From NCBI GenBank assembly GCA_965240325.2, contig OZ251250.1, positions 124,001 through 188,000 on the forward strand: a stretch of DNA of 64,000 nt. The letters run 5' to 3'. A program made the position numbers and the translations under genes. Below, piece after piece: positions 25,407 to 36,444 of this stretch (position 1 is the first letter of the stretch; each line of letters starts with the position of its first letter). The notes under the pieces were generated by a model. It was not told the DNA's origin. It saw nothing but the letters and a program-made list of their open reading frames with translations, and searched no databases. The DNA comes from Rebecca billardiae RCC1528. Its lineage: Eukaryota; Protista; Haptophyta.

Positions 25407-25680
25407 CAAGGGGCTTACAAAATACCACTGGGGGCGAAACACAGTCGTCGCCACCCCGGCTCCTCAAACGGATGTGTCCGGTGAGTGGAAAACACTGTGC
25501 GCGAAGTTTGAATCCGGGAAAGCGGGTAATCTGTCGACACATCTCGTATTCTTTCAAGGCATTCCGGTCTTTTTTCCATAAGAGCTACCGGACACTTTCC
25601 GTTTGAGGAGCCGGGGTCGCGACGGGGCTCCGCACTGGCGCTTTCGGCTTCGCCCCCAGTGGTATTTTGTAAGCCCCTTG
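25407..25680. mobile_element. 274-bp MITE with 32-bp perfect TIRs (CAAGGGG...) and 7-bp TSD CTTGGAC
   Basis: TIRs at 25407-25438 and 25649-25680; second internal IR at ~25447-25482 and ~25587-25623; CTTGGAC at 25400-25406 and 25681-25687. Confidence 0.95.
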
Positions 25681-26082
25681 CTTGGACCGGCCGACGACAA
25701 CTGCAAAAACAGCGGCATCCCCGGGCGCCTACTTATACTACCTCAGTGACCGTGTGATCAGCATCGGTTACGACGACTCCCTCACCCGCGGCCATCAACG
25801 GCAACGCGCTCCGACATCCTCCATTAACTCCGCCATTCAGTATACTTTATCGACAGACGAATGTCGAATCAGGAGAGCTGCGCCCTCGTGCCTGTGTCTT
25901 TAAATCATATATCATAGAATTAGTCGTATGCGCCGCCATCGTGATAATTCGCGCTCATCGCGGGTTTGGTACGCGTCGCGTATATATATATATATATATC
26001 ATCGCTAGTCGTCCGGACAGATATTGATGGACGGAACGAATAATCGTTGCTGCGAGCAGCGGATCGTCCGCCGCCCACTGTC

Positions 26083-28482
26083 TAGGGGGTCCATCAGATT
26101 AAATTGCTTTTTGATTTCTTTTCTTTTCCTTTTCAGAACTTGTTCGGCGTGTTTTCGCGATCGGCAGATTCCAAATCCGCGCTCGGCTGGCCCCGGCGCG
26201 GGAGCGGAGCTCTGAACGGGGTCGGCGAGGCTGATGGCCCTCGTCGACGGCCGTCCGCTCGCCGTTGGGCGCGCCCACCTCGGCGCAGGCGCCTCGCCGA
26301 GCGGCTGGGCGGCTGCGGACAGGTAGCCATGCTTCGTGTGGACCGGGCTCTCGCTGGGAGTCGCTGGCCAGTCGACGCTCGTGCTTCATGATTTGAATCT
26401 GCGTGCTCAACGTGTGCTGCCCGCGACCAAGGAGCGCGTCCTAGGAGCACGTGCAGGCGAGCAACGCGGAGACGAACATGCGCAACGCGGTGGGATAGGC
26501 ATCGGCAACGACTCGACGCTGTCTCCTTCCCCACCCGACGCTGCCTTCTCGCCCTCGGACGTGCCCGCGACGTCTCTGCCGCAAGGGCCAGCTACCGCCG
26601 ACCAACTTGCGGACCGCTGTGCCGGGCATGACGAGGTCCAGGGCGCGGCAGATGATGATGCACGCGTGCCCATGGATGTGTGCGACCCGCCCGAGGTCCC
26701 CGCTGGCACCGCCGAGGGGCTCGCCTCCTCCGCGGACGGCCTCGGCTGTGTGCAACCGTGCAGGCCCGAGCTACGGCCTGACGTCAACGTCAGCGCGCAG
26801 CAGCTCGAGGAGACGGCGGTGGCGGCGCGCGCCATCCACGTGCTGCAGCCCTTGGCCGGTCGGCCCGTGGCCGGCTTTCGCCCGCGGTACGCATCGGTGC
26901 TCAACTTCATGCTCCTCGACCTCCTCCGCACGCTCGTGGACCTCATGCTCGAGAACTTGAAGAAGCACAAGCCGTTGGTCAGAGTGTTCACCCCGGCGTG
27001 CGCCCAGACCGCGCGCGACGGTGGGACGAAGAAGCCCAATGCGCTCGCGCTCGTCTGCGCGGATGCGCTCGGCATCTCGGCGCGCCACGACTCGCCGCTG
27101 CTGGAGGTGATCGGCATCTGGCTGATGACCGTGCACAGGTGGTGGAAGGGCAAGAACAAGGACATGGAGCGCATCCTGAGCCGGAAGCAGGGCGCGTCGG
27201 CGGCGGAGAGGAAGGCGGAGCTGGATGCCGACGACACGTCGCTGGGCGCCGGCGACGACAGCTGCCCCTTCCGCGACCTCTACTCGCCCCCCGACGCCGG
27301 CGCGCCGCGCGCGTCCGCAGCAGGCCGCGTGCAGGTGCCGCTGCACGAGCAGCGCGTGACTCCTGCTGAGCACGCGGTCATCTTGGAGCAGCAGGTGCGC
27401 CTGACGGAGCAGCAGGTGGAGCTGGACTCGTCGCGCAAGGCGACCGCGCGCGCCGTCGCCGACGCTGCGCGCGCCAGCTTGCGCGCCGACGCAACCGAGC
27501 GCAGCGCGCGGGGGGGCACAGATCGCGCTGCGGCCGAGCGGGCTGCCATGGCTGCCGACTGCGTCCAGTTCGAGCGCGAGAGGAGAGCGGCGGAGCTCGA
27601 GGGCGAGCGCGCGGCGAAGCGCGCGCAGTCCGCCGCAGTACCGGTGGACCGGTGACGGCCTCGCGTGGGCTGGGGTACGACGAACGGCGACGACGCCGGT
27701 GACACAGAGCACGGGCACGGAAGTCGCCGAACGGCCGCGGCAAGCTCTGCGGCGGCGATGACTGCTAGTCTGCGCACGCAAGCGTCGATGGCGGAGGACT
27801 CCTTCACGACTATGGGGATGGTGGCATGCTCAGAGGTGCGCTTGGTAGTGTGCTTCGGCTTGCAGCCCGCCGCCCGCATCAGGTCCGTCCGGGCCTGCTG
27901 CGGGACGGTTTGACGGTGGCATGAGCCCGCCGTCACTCCGCGCGGCGGCGCGGCCTATTCGGATGACCCAGTGTCACGAATAGTGAACAAGGTACCCCCA
28001 TATTGACACCACCCTGAATATATATTTAAAACCCACCCGCATTGTATAATAAACGGGTGGGTGAGTGCATATATACGGGTACATGTCTCTAATTAAGTGG
28101 GTAACATGCTCGATCTTGGAGTAGTTTTTCACCGACCTCTACGCGCACTCATCGTGCCTACTAAAATTTAGCAAGTCCACCTTAATTTTGTTGGGGCGGG
28201 TTGCAACGGTTATGAATAAGTAAGTCCGACGACATACCGTCATTTAGCCGCCATAACAAGTCGTTGACGTTTGGCTGAATCTGTATGTGACACAGTGGCG
28301 CAGCTGGCGTGCGCGCACGACCGCGCGACGACGCGCGGAGTCGGTTTTGGGTGCTTCTGACGGCTGGGCTGGGTTCCAGGACATATTTGTGGGTGCCTCC
28401 GCAAGCGCCACGCTCGTCAGACACCTAAATCGCATGGTTGTCGAAAATCACAATTCAGTGGGCTGCTGTCATGGACCCCCTA
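26083..28482 (+). mobile_element. 2.4-kb TIR DNA transposon (TAGGGGGTCCAT TIRs) with 7-bp TSD CACTGTC
   Basis: 12-bp perfect TIRs; TSD at 26076-26082 and 28483-28489. The paralogous empty site at ~21050-21100 has one copy (tactgtc) with contiguous flanks. Confidence 0.93.
26336..27655 (+). CDS. Transposon-internal ORF of unknown function (helical domain plus coiled coil); true start uncertain
   Basis: Non-repetitive protein-like core (LLDLLRTLVDLMLENLKKHKPLV...HRWWKGKNKDMERIL) and a C-terminal coiled coil. No DDE motif recognised. Confidence 0.5.
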   Translation: MWTGLSLGVAGQSTLVLHDLNLRAQRVLPATKERVLGARAGEQRGDEHAQRGGIGIGNDSTLSPSPPDAAFSPSDVPATSLPQGPATADQLADRCAGHDEVQGAADDDARVPMDVCDPPEVPAGTAEGLASSADGLGCVQPCRPELRPDVNVSAQQLEETAVAARAIHVLQPLAGRPVAGFRPRYASVLNFMLLDLLRTLVDLMLENLKKHKPLVRVFTPACAQTARDGGTKKPNALALVCADALGISARHDSPLLEVIGIWLMTVHRWWKGKNKDMERILSRKQGASAAERKAELDADDTSLGAGDDSCPFRDLYSPPDAGAPRASAAGRVQVPLHEQRVTPAEHAVILEQQVRLTEQQVELDSSRKATARAVADAARASLRADATERSARGGTDRAAAERAAMAADCVQFERERRAAELEGERAAKRAQSAAVPVDR

Positions 28483-28586
28483 CACTGTCCCGCCCGGATC
28501 GAGGCCGCCGCCGATTAACGGCGCGCGGCCCGCGATCATCAGCCAGCCGGTCGTAGATGAGTCGTCAGCGCCGCTCACTCAGCGCG

Positions 28587-30581
28587 TCACGTCGACGCGA
28601 TGGCGGCCGTCGTCGCAGTAGCAGCCAACGCGGACGGCGGTAGTTCGGTCTCACTAGCAGCCCCAGCCTGCGCGTGCTCGGCAAGGATGGCCTGGCACTG
28701 CTGGACCACCTCCGCGCTGGGTTTGCTGATGATGGCCGCCGCCGCCGATGCAGCAGCCGGGGGCGGCCGCAGCAGCGCGCCGTCGTGCTCGGCCGCTGAC
28801 GCTGCGTCGGCGGCGGCGTGCCGGGGCCACCTCCCGCTTGGCGGCTGGCGATGCGGATGGTCATCGGCGCGGGCGGGCGCGCGGGCGCCCGCCGTCGGCC
28901 GCTGCTGCCACCCGCCGCTCGCCGCCGCCGCCGCCGCCGCCGCCGTCGCCGCCGCCGTCTTGGTGGCGGCGGAGGCCCCGCCCGCCGGCGGCGCGCCCGC
29001 AGACGCCGCACCGAGGGCGCCCGCCGCGGGCAGGCCGAGGTCGTCACACATGCGCTGGCTCAGGTCGGGCGGGAGCGGCGCGCGGGCGCACGCGCCGTCC
29101 GGGGCGCAGTCCACCGGCTGCCAGCCCGGCGCGCCGGGCGGCGTGTTGCGCGCGCCCCGCGGCCGGTCCCTTGGCGCACGCAACGGCGGGATGCGGTCAA
29201 TCTCAAACCGGGAGATCACGGCCGCGAGCACTCGCTCGAGCGACGCCCACGGCACCGAAGCGTTTTCGTTCCAGCCATCGAGCACGGTGCGCGCGGGCGC
29301 GACGCCGGCGGGCGGGCGCGCGAAGAGGCGGACGTGGCGCACGCCGCGGCCCATCCGCATGCGGTTCTCGTCGAGCCAGCTCGGCGCCGCGAGGTGGAAC
29401 CCGCAGTTCACGACTTCGATCGTCGTCCGGCCGGGGCGCATCAGCAGCCCGTGAATGACGTCGCCGCCGTGCATCGCGACGAAGACGTCGGCGCGGCGGA
29501 CGAGGCGGTAGGCGTGCGCGAGCGTGCGCGGCGGGCCCAGCGCCGCCGCGTGGCAGCGCAGCCGCCACCCACCCACCCGCCGGCCCCCCGGGGCCTCGGC
29601 GCACGCGCTCAGCAGCTCGGCAGTGTTCGCAACGTACCGGCGGCCGGTGCGCAGGGCGAAGAGCACGCGGAGCTGCCGCGGCTCGGCGGCGGAGCCGAGG
29701 GCGGGCGGCTCGGCGCGCACGTCGGGGAGGCCGAGCCGCAGCGCCAGCTCGTGCATGCCGACGTACGACCCCGCGCGCACCGTCGGCGCCGACGCCTCCA
29801 GCCGACAGACCCGCAGCCGCTCGTGGCAGCCGGAGGCGCACCGGCTAAGGTTCTGCACGGGGCCCTCCAGCGCGCAGAACGACGTGCCGGCGCGGCGCAG
29901 CGGCTCGAGCGCGCGCGCGTGCGTCCAGTACGCGAGCCCGATTTGGCTCGGCAGCGCGCCGAATGCCAGCACCTGCGCCAGCGGCAGCAGCGTGTACTTG
30001 TAGTGTGCGCCGTGCGCAAGGGCAAACTTGGGCCACAGCAGGGCGGGCGGATCGCGGCTGCGCGCGCCGCCGGCGCCGAGGCTGCCGTTGGCAAAGGCGC
30101 GCGCGGCGGGCGGCGGGATCGGCGGCCAGCGCGCCCACCGCGGCACGCGCGCCTTCCCGCCCGCCACGCGCACGCCGTGCACAAACGTGTCCGCCTCGAG
30201 GTGCCGAAGCCCGAACGAATGCGTTGCGTCTGGCACCTGGTGCCACTGGAGCGCGACCGCCTCGTCGGCGGCGGCCGGGCCGAAGAGGTCGAGGCGGAAG
30301 GGGCGGGTGGCGCACTTCCGCGTGTCGGGACACGCGCTGCGCACCTCCTCGGAGACCGTCAGGCACGCGCGCTGCAGCGTCACGCACGTCATCGCGCCGC
30401 TCGGGTCGGTGACGACACGCACCGAGCCAAACACGGTCGGTGAGTCGGCGGCGGAGACGACGAGCGGCGGGAGCGCGCCGCTGCCGGCGTGGAGGAGGGC
30501 GCGCAGGGCAAGGAGGGCCGGCGCGAGCCTCGGCGCCGCCGCCCTTCCTCGGCGCGCGCCGCAGCCACGGGCGGAGGCCAT
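28587..30581 (-). CDS. GT61/DUF563-like glycosyltransferase, copy 2 (near-identical paralogue)
   Basis: Near-identical to 21173-23188 over almost the whole CDS; differs mainly at the N- and C-termini. Confidence 0.72.
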   Translation of the reverse strand: MASARGCGARRGRAAAPRLAPALLALRALLHAGSGALPPLVVSAADSPTVFGSVRVVTDPSGAMTCVTLQRACLTVSEEVRSACPDTRKCATRPFRLDLFGPAAADEAVALQWHQVPDATHSFGLRHLEADTFVHGVRVAGGKARVPRWARWPPIPPPAARAFANGSLGAGGARSRDPPALLWPKFALAHGAHYKYTLLPLAQVLAFGALPSQIGLAYWTHARALEPLRRAGTSFCALEGPVQNLSRCASGCHERLRVCRLEASAPTVRAGSYVGMHELALRLGLPDVRAEPPALGSAAEPRQLRVLFALRTGRRYVANTAELLSACAEAPGGRRVGGWRLRCHAAALGPPRTLAHAYRLVRRADVFVAMHGGDVIHGLLMRPGRTTIEVVNCGFHLAAPSWLDENRMRMGRGVRHVRLFARPPAGVAPARTVLDGWNENASVPWASLERVLAAVISRFEIDRIPPLRAPRDRPRGARNTPPGAPGWQPVDCAPDGACARAPLPPDLSQRMCDDLGLPAAGALGAASAGAPPAGGASAATKTAAATAAAAAAAASGGWQQRPTAGARAPARADDHPHRQPPSGRWPRHAAADAASAAEHDGALLRPPPAAASAAAAIISKPSAEVVQQCQAILAEHAQAGAASETELPPSALAATATTAAIAST

Positions 30582-30907
30582 CGTCGCTCTGTCGCGGTCG
30601 GCACACGCCACGACGCCGCACTTTCCCATAGTCTGTCCACAGACCGTCGCGGACACAGCCTCAACCGGTATTTGATTCCGTGCCATACTGTGTTCGTATC
30701 ATGAGTACAGTATACTACTATACTTGCACAAGTACGACTTGTACAAGCATACATTGATGATGCGGATGATCAAGTACGGTGCTACCCCCATACTGTACCA
30801 TTGGCGACGGCTTCATACAGTCATGGGCGGCGATGAACAGTTGGCGGGCGTCAGTCTCTTATTGTTGTACCCCCCGATGCGGGCCAGCTTTAGCAGAGGC
30901 TCGGGCG

Positions 30908-32500
30908 ATGGCTGCCTCCACGCCGCGCGCGCTCGCCGACCTGCCGGCCGAGGTGCTCGAGCGGATCGCGGCGTGCCTGCCGTGCGCGCGCGACCTCGCC
31001 AGCGCGAACGGCGCCTCGCGCCTCTTCCGCGACGCGCCGCCGGGCGGCCGCTCGCCCGTCGAGGCCGCGCTGCGTGAGCGCGCGGCCGCGCGCGGCCACG
31101 CGCGCGCGCTGCCGGCCGAGCTGCCGCGCGGCGCGGGCTCGTGGACGGAGGAGCTGCCCGCGCGCGAGGTAGTGCTCGAGCTGGCGCGGGCGCACGCGGG
31201 CGCCGCCGCGTGCACCGCCCACGCCACCGCGCTCGTCGACGCGCGCGGCGCGCTGCACACGTGCGGTGAGGAACGGGAACGGAACGATTTTGGAATTCTC
31301 ACGGGCCGGTGCGTGCCCGCCGCCGGGCTGGGGTACGCGGCGAGCGGCGCGGTGCTCGCGCCGCGGAGGGTGGTGAGCCTCGCCGCCGTGCGCGTCCGCG
31401 CCGTCGGCGCGGGCTGCCGCCACCTCCTCGCGCTGAGCGACGCCGGCGCCGTGTACGGCTGCGGCGACAACGGCGCCGGCCAGCTGGGGCTGGGCCACAC
31501 GGAGGCGCGCGCCGAGTTTGCGCGTGTGGGCGGCGCGCTCGCGGCGGAGCTGGTGGTGGGGATCGGCGCGGGGGGATGCCACAGCCTCGCGCTCACCGCC
31601 GCGGGCGCCGCGTACAGCTGGGGCGCCAACCACTCCGGCCAGCTCGGCCACGGCGACGCGAAGGAGCGGTGGGAGCCGGCGCGCATCAAGGCGCTGGACG
31701 GCGGCGTGCGCGTGGGCGGCGTGGCCGCGGGCGACGTGCACACGCTGCTGCTCTCGGCGTGCGGCGCGGTGTACTCGTGCGGGTACGGCCGCGACGGCCG
31801 GCTCGGCCACGGCGACCAGCAGCAGCGGCACGCGCCGGCGCGCGTCGAGGCGCTCGCGGCCGCGCCGCGCGCCGCGCACGTGAGCGCGGGTGCGGACCAC
31901 AGCCTGGTGGTGGACGCGGCGGGCGGCGCGCACTCCTACGGCTTCGGCTGGGGCGGCTGCCTGGGGTACGCGGTGGGCGGCGGCGCGCAGCTCGTGCCCA
32001 GGCGCATCGACGCGCTGCGCGCCGTGCGCGCGGTGCGCGCGCGCTGCCGCAGCTCGACGAGCGCGGTCGTCGGCGCGGACGGCAGCGTGCACGCGTTCGG
32101 CGACGCGTCGCAGAAAGTTCTCGGAACCTTCCCGGCGGCGGAGCCCTGCCGCAGCTCGACGAGCGCCTCGCAGAAGGCTCTTCTCGGAACCTCCCGCCCG
32201 GCGGCGGCGGCGGCGGCGGCGGGTGCGGCCCAGGGCGACGGCGGCGGCGCCGCGGCGGCGTGGCGCGTGCGCGCCCTCGCGCGCGAGCGCGTCGTCGACT
32301 GCGCACTCGGCCCGCGCCACGCGCTGTTCCTCACGGCAGACGGCGGCGTGCACTCGTGCGGCGCGCCCTCGGGCGCGCTCGGCCGCGGCGTGAGCGCGCG
32401 GGGCGGCCCGGGCGCTGAGGCGCCTCGCGAGCAGGCGGACGCGGCGGGGCGGGCGGGCGAGCCAGTGCGCGTCGCGGGGCTGCCGCCGCTGCTCACCTGA
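30908..32500 (+). CDS. F-box plus RCC1-repeat protein
   Basis: LADLPAEVLERIAACL..DLASANGASRLF (F-box-like); repeats GAGxxHxLAL..GAVYxxGxNxxGQLGHG. Confidence 0.85.
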   Translation: MAASTPRALADLPAEVLERIAACLPCARDLASANGASRLFRDAPPGGRSPVEAALRERAAARGHARALPAELPRGAGSWTEELPAREVVLELARAHAGAAACTAHATALVDARGALHTCGEERERNDFGILTGRCVPAAGLGYAASGAVLAPRRVVSLAAVRVRAVGAGCRHLLALSDAGAVYGCGDNGAGQLGLGHTEARAEFARVGGALAAELVVGIGAGGCHSLALTAAGAAYSWGANHSGQLGHGDAKERWEPARIKALDGGVRVGGVAAGDVHTLLLSACGAVYSCGYGRDGRLGHGDQQQRHAPARVEALAAAPRAAHVSAGADHSLVVDAAGGAHSYGFGWGGCLGYAVGGGAQLVPRRIDALRAVRAVRARCRSSTSAVVGADGSVHAFGDASQKVLGTFPAAEPCRSSTSASQKALLGTSRPAAAAAAAGAAQGDGGGAAAAWRVRALARERVVDCALGPRHALFLTADGGVHSCGAPSGALGRGVSARGGPGAEAPREQADAAGRAGEPVRVAGLPPLLT

Positions 32501-32774
32501 TGCGTGCGCACGCACGCCCGCCGGCTGACGACAGCCGCGCGCCCTCCTGCTGGCGACCGGATGCCTATGATGATGACTCTGCTCGTCAGTGCTGTACTAT
32601 ACTCTACTACTGCTCTAATTTACTATAATACATACACGCGTACGACATGTTCGCTGTGGCGGCATCCGGCCGCGCGTCCGCCGCCGGTCCGCCGCGCCGC
32701 GCGCGCGCTCATCAAGATACTCAGATCACAGTAGCAGATGCCGCTGCTGCTTCAGCTCACGCAGGGGCTTAGGG

Positions 32775-35700
32775 CTAGGCCCCCACCGCGCGTCCGTCGT
32801 TCTGCACCGCGGCCGGCCACTGCGGGGCGGGGCCTCCCGCCGCCGCCGCCCGCGCGGCACCGCCGCCGTCCACCGCGTCCGCCGCCAGCAGAATCGGCGC
32901 GCGCATGCCGCCGTCCGCGTCGGGCGGCGCGCCGCCGCGCGCGCGGCGCGCGGCGCGCGCGGCCGCGCGCCGCACGGCGAGGCCGGCGAGGGCGGCGCCG
33001 AGCACGACGGTGGCGCATGCGCCTGCGGTGAGCAGGGTGCGCGCCGGCGCGCCGCGCAGCCAGCGCGGCCGCCCGCCCTCCGCGCCGCCGCCCGCCGCCG
33101 CCTGCTCCGCCGCCGGCACGTCCGGAGTGCGCAGCGGACCGTCAGCGGCCGCGGGCGCCGCGTCCGCGCGGCCGCCAAGCCCGCGCGTCGGCGGCGGGTG
33201 GAACGCGGGGCACGAGCGCTCGCCAGGCGGGAGCGCGGGCTCGCCGTAAAGCTCGGGATGCGCGTCGATGTACGCCTTGGTCGGAAAGTCCGGGGGGTCG
33301 CACCCGATGTTCAGCCGGTCCGGCCGCTGGTACACCCGCACGTAGTCCACGTACATCTTCCCCGGGAACTTCCCGGAAGCGGCGGCCGCGCCGCCGTTCC
33401 AAGAGCCGAGCGCGGTGTTGATCACGATCGACATTGGCTCGGCCGGCATCGTGCGCCGCGGCACGTGCTCGCAGCGGAAGCCATTCTTGTCGTCCGGCGC
33501 CTGGCCGCACACCGTGTACCTGGTGAGCGGGGAAAGAGGCATCGTGATCGTGATGATGATATTATTTGGGTTTTTTGGGGGTGGGAGGGAGGGTGTGTTG
33601 GCATGGGGCGCGGGATGGTGGCGTCAGCGGGCAGCGGGCGGGCTGCGGAAGCACAAGCGCGCAAGCAGCAGCAGCAGCAGCCGTCACCGCCGCCGCCGCC
33701 GCCGCAGCAGCAGCAGCACGGAGCGCGCCCGCCCCCTCCAACATCGCCCGTCCCCGCAACAGCGCCCGCCCGCCCCGCGCCCCGCGCCCCGCGCCGCGCC
33801 GCGCCGCCGCGCACCGGCCGAGCGCCTCCGCCGGAATTTCAAACGCAAATTCGTCGTCAATGAACCAGCGCACGTAACCGCCGTCGCCCTCGCGCCACTC
33901 GAGCCGGAACTTGCGGTAGCGCTCGGAGAGGTCGTTCAGGTTGCACACGCCGCCCTGTGTTGTGTGGCAGGCGCGGGGTCGGTGGTGGGGGCACGGCTCA
34001 GGCTCGGCACGTGCGGACCCACGCTCAGCCGCCTGGAGATTGCAATCTCGGCTCAGCCGTATTGCGCGCACGGCCGCGGCGGGGCGGCGGCTGGCAGTTG
34101 GCACGGCTGGCAGCGCCGGCCGTTGGCAGCGCCGGCCGTGCTGGCAGCGCCCGGTGTGGGCGCGCACCCCCCAGATTGCATCTCGGCCGTGGGCGCGCAC
34201 CCCCCAGATTGCATCTCGGCCGTGGGCGCGCACCCCCCAGATTGCATCTCGGCCGTGGGCGCGCACCCCCCAGATTGCATCTCGGCCGTGGGCGCGCACC
34301 CCCCAGATTGCATCTCGGCCGTGGGCGCGCACCCCCCAGATTGCATCTCGGCCGTGGGCGCGCACCGAGATTGCATCTGCCATCCCCTCCGGGCCGTGCC
34401 AGTTCGGGTTGGGCCCGAACACCGGACTGTGTCCGGACGAGTTGCCGCCGAAGCGGAGGCCGCGGTACCTGCCGTGCGCCGTGCGCCGAGCGCGCGCGGG
34501 GGCAGGGCCCAGGGGGTGAGGGAGCCGAGTGCGCAGTGGAGCGCGCCAACACCCGAGATGCAAATCTCGCGGACGCGCACGGCGCTCGCGCTGGGCGGCG
34601 CGCGCGCGCGCGTCGGCGGCGGCGGCGGAGGGGCGGGCGCAGCGGCGCACCACGACGCGGCCTTGCTGTACTTGGGCGGCTCGTACTCGAACCGCTTCGT
34701 CTCCGGGTCCTGCCGCCAGCCCGGCGGGAACTTACCCGTCTCCGGCCTGAAATACTTAGGCAGCGGCGGCGCCGCCTGCACCGAGTGAATCATCCAACCG
34801 CCAGCGCCCTCGGGCGAGTCTCCGATCTCGACGATATCTGCATGTGCCGAAGGGGCGCGGGGTGAAGGGGGCGGTGGGGTGCACGCCCACGTCGGCCCGC
34901 GCACCCCGCCACCGCTCCGCGTGCTGCTGCCCCGTGCTTTCGAATGCAAAGCCTCGCCGCACCCGCCGCCGCCGCGCCCGCCACGGAGGGCGCGCGCGCG
35001 GGCGGGCGCGGCGCGCGGCGGGGCGGGCGGCGCGCACGCACCGATCTCGGTGGCCCCGCGGCCCTGGTACGGGTGCAGCCCTTCGCCCGGCGTCGCGTTG
35101 CACCCCGAGATGCGCTGCGGCGCGAAGTCCTTCGACTGTTCCTTCGGCATCGATTCCCACGCGGAATCACACTCGGTGAGCGAATAAGGCCAGAGCCCGT
35201 CGTTGGATTCCTCGTAGATCGCGCGGCCGAGGTTGCCGAAGAGCCAGAGCGCGGGCCAGAAGCCCGCGCCCTGCGGGAACTTGGCGGAGATCTCGATCGC
35301 GCCGCCCGTGAAGCAGAACTTGTTCTGAGCGCCGCGCGGCCGATTTGGCCGAGCGCGGCGGCGTGCGGCGCGGGGCGGCGCGCGGCGGCACGTGTCAGCA
35401 GCACACACGCTGCACAGGAGAGCCCCCGCCCCGGCGCGCGCGCCGGCTGCTGCTCGCGCGCGCGTAGGGGGGGGAGCGCGAGGGCGGGCGTCGCCACGGT
35501 CCCTCCCGGCACGCGGGTCCGCCGGGCCACGCCGCGCGCGCGCGTACCCACGACTGCACCATCCCGCCCGCAAATTGCTTGCCCGTGCGGTTGGCGAGCG
35601 GCGTGTCCGAGATATTAGTCGAGATTATCTGAAGCGCATGGACGGGGTCCGGGTACTTGCGGTAGGTGCGCTCGGGCACGGACTCGTTGTGCGGGTCGAC

Positions 35701-36090
35701 GCGCACCATCGCGCCCTCGTCGCGCACCGTCGTCACCGCCTGCGGGTGGTAGTACATCGGTGAATCGTTCGTGTCGTCGCCCTTGTCTAGGGCCGTCCAG
35801 CGCTTATCTTTTCCATTTGAAAAGTCGCGGCCGGGCGTGGAGAACTCGTCGGAGAAGACGAGGTCGAGGGCGTGGCCCTCGGAGTCGGTCATCGTGCGCT
35901 CCATCGCCGGCGTGTCCTCGTCGCACCAGCAGCACTCCTCCGGCGGCGGGCGCGGCGCGGCGGCCGCGCCCGCCCGCCTGGGCGCGGTCGCGGCCGCCGT
36001 GCGCGCGTGCGCCGGCGGCGCGCCTCTCGGCGTGGGCGCGGCGGCCGCCGTGGCGGCGAGAAGGAGCGCTCCCGCGAGCCCGGCGCGCAT
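32775..36090 (-). CDS. KRE6/SKN1-like GH16 beta-glucan synthesis-associated protein, ~6 exons, signal peptide and C-terminal TM
   Basis: LVFSDEF, GGMVQSW|NKFCFTGG, GFWPALWLFGNLGRA, GRGATEI|DIVE (catalytic EIDxxE), DAIS, PAEPMSIVIN, FPGKMYVDYVRVYQ, GCDPPDFPTKAYI. Confidence 0.9.
34156..34380. repeat. Intronic minisatellite, 33-bp unit x6 plus a partial copy
   Basis: Unit gtgggcgcgcaccccccagattgcatctcggcc. Confidence 0.95.
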
Positions 36091-36444
36091 GCTCGACGCT
36101 ACCCTCGCGCGTGCGCTGCGGCGGGCTGGCTGACTGACGGCCGGGCGTCGACGCACCGGCGGAAGGCGGCTCACGTCCGCTGCACTCGAGCGGATGCGCG
36201 TGCGCGGCCGGGGGGAATCCTTGCGCGTGCGCGGGGGAACCTCGTTCAAATGGGCACTCAAGCACACCGCTCCGGGTGGCCGCCATCGTGCGCACGTCCG
36301 CCTCCACGGGCAACGGGGCAAACCGTCGATCCGATTGCGAAGCTTGACGAAGCAATTCGAATGGGCTGCAGAGAAGGAAGTCGTCACGACTCGTGACGAA
36401 TTCCTTCTCGCGCACTGGTAGTGGTGAGCAAGGACTTGGCCTTG

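Noticed and set aside
26336-27655. Fanzor/TnpB or DDE transposase in the TIR element
   Set aside because: No RuvC motifs, Zn finger or DDE-like pattern recognisable by eye.
34156-34380. CRISPR-like array
   Set aside because: Contiguous identical 33-bp units with no unique spacers, no cas genes, and inside a eukaryotic intron.
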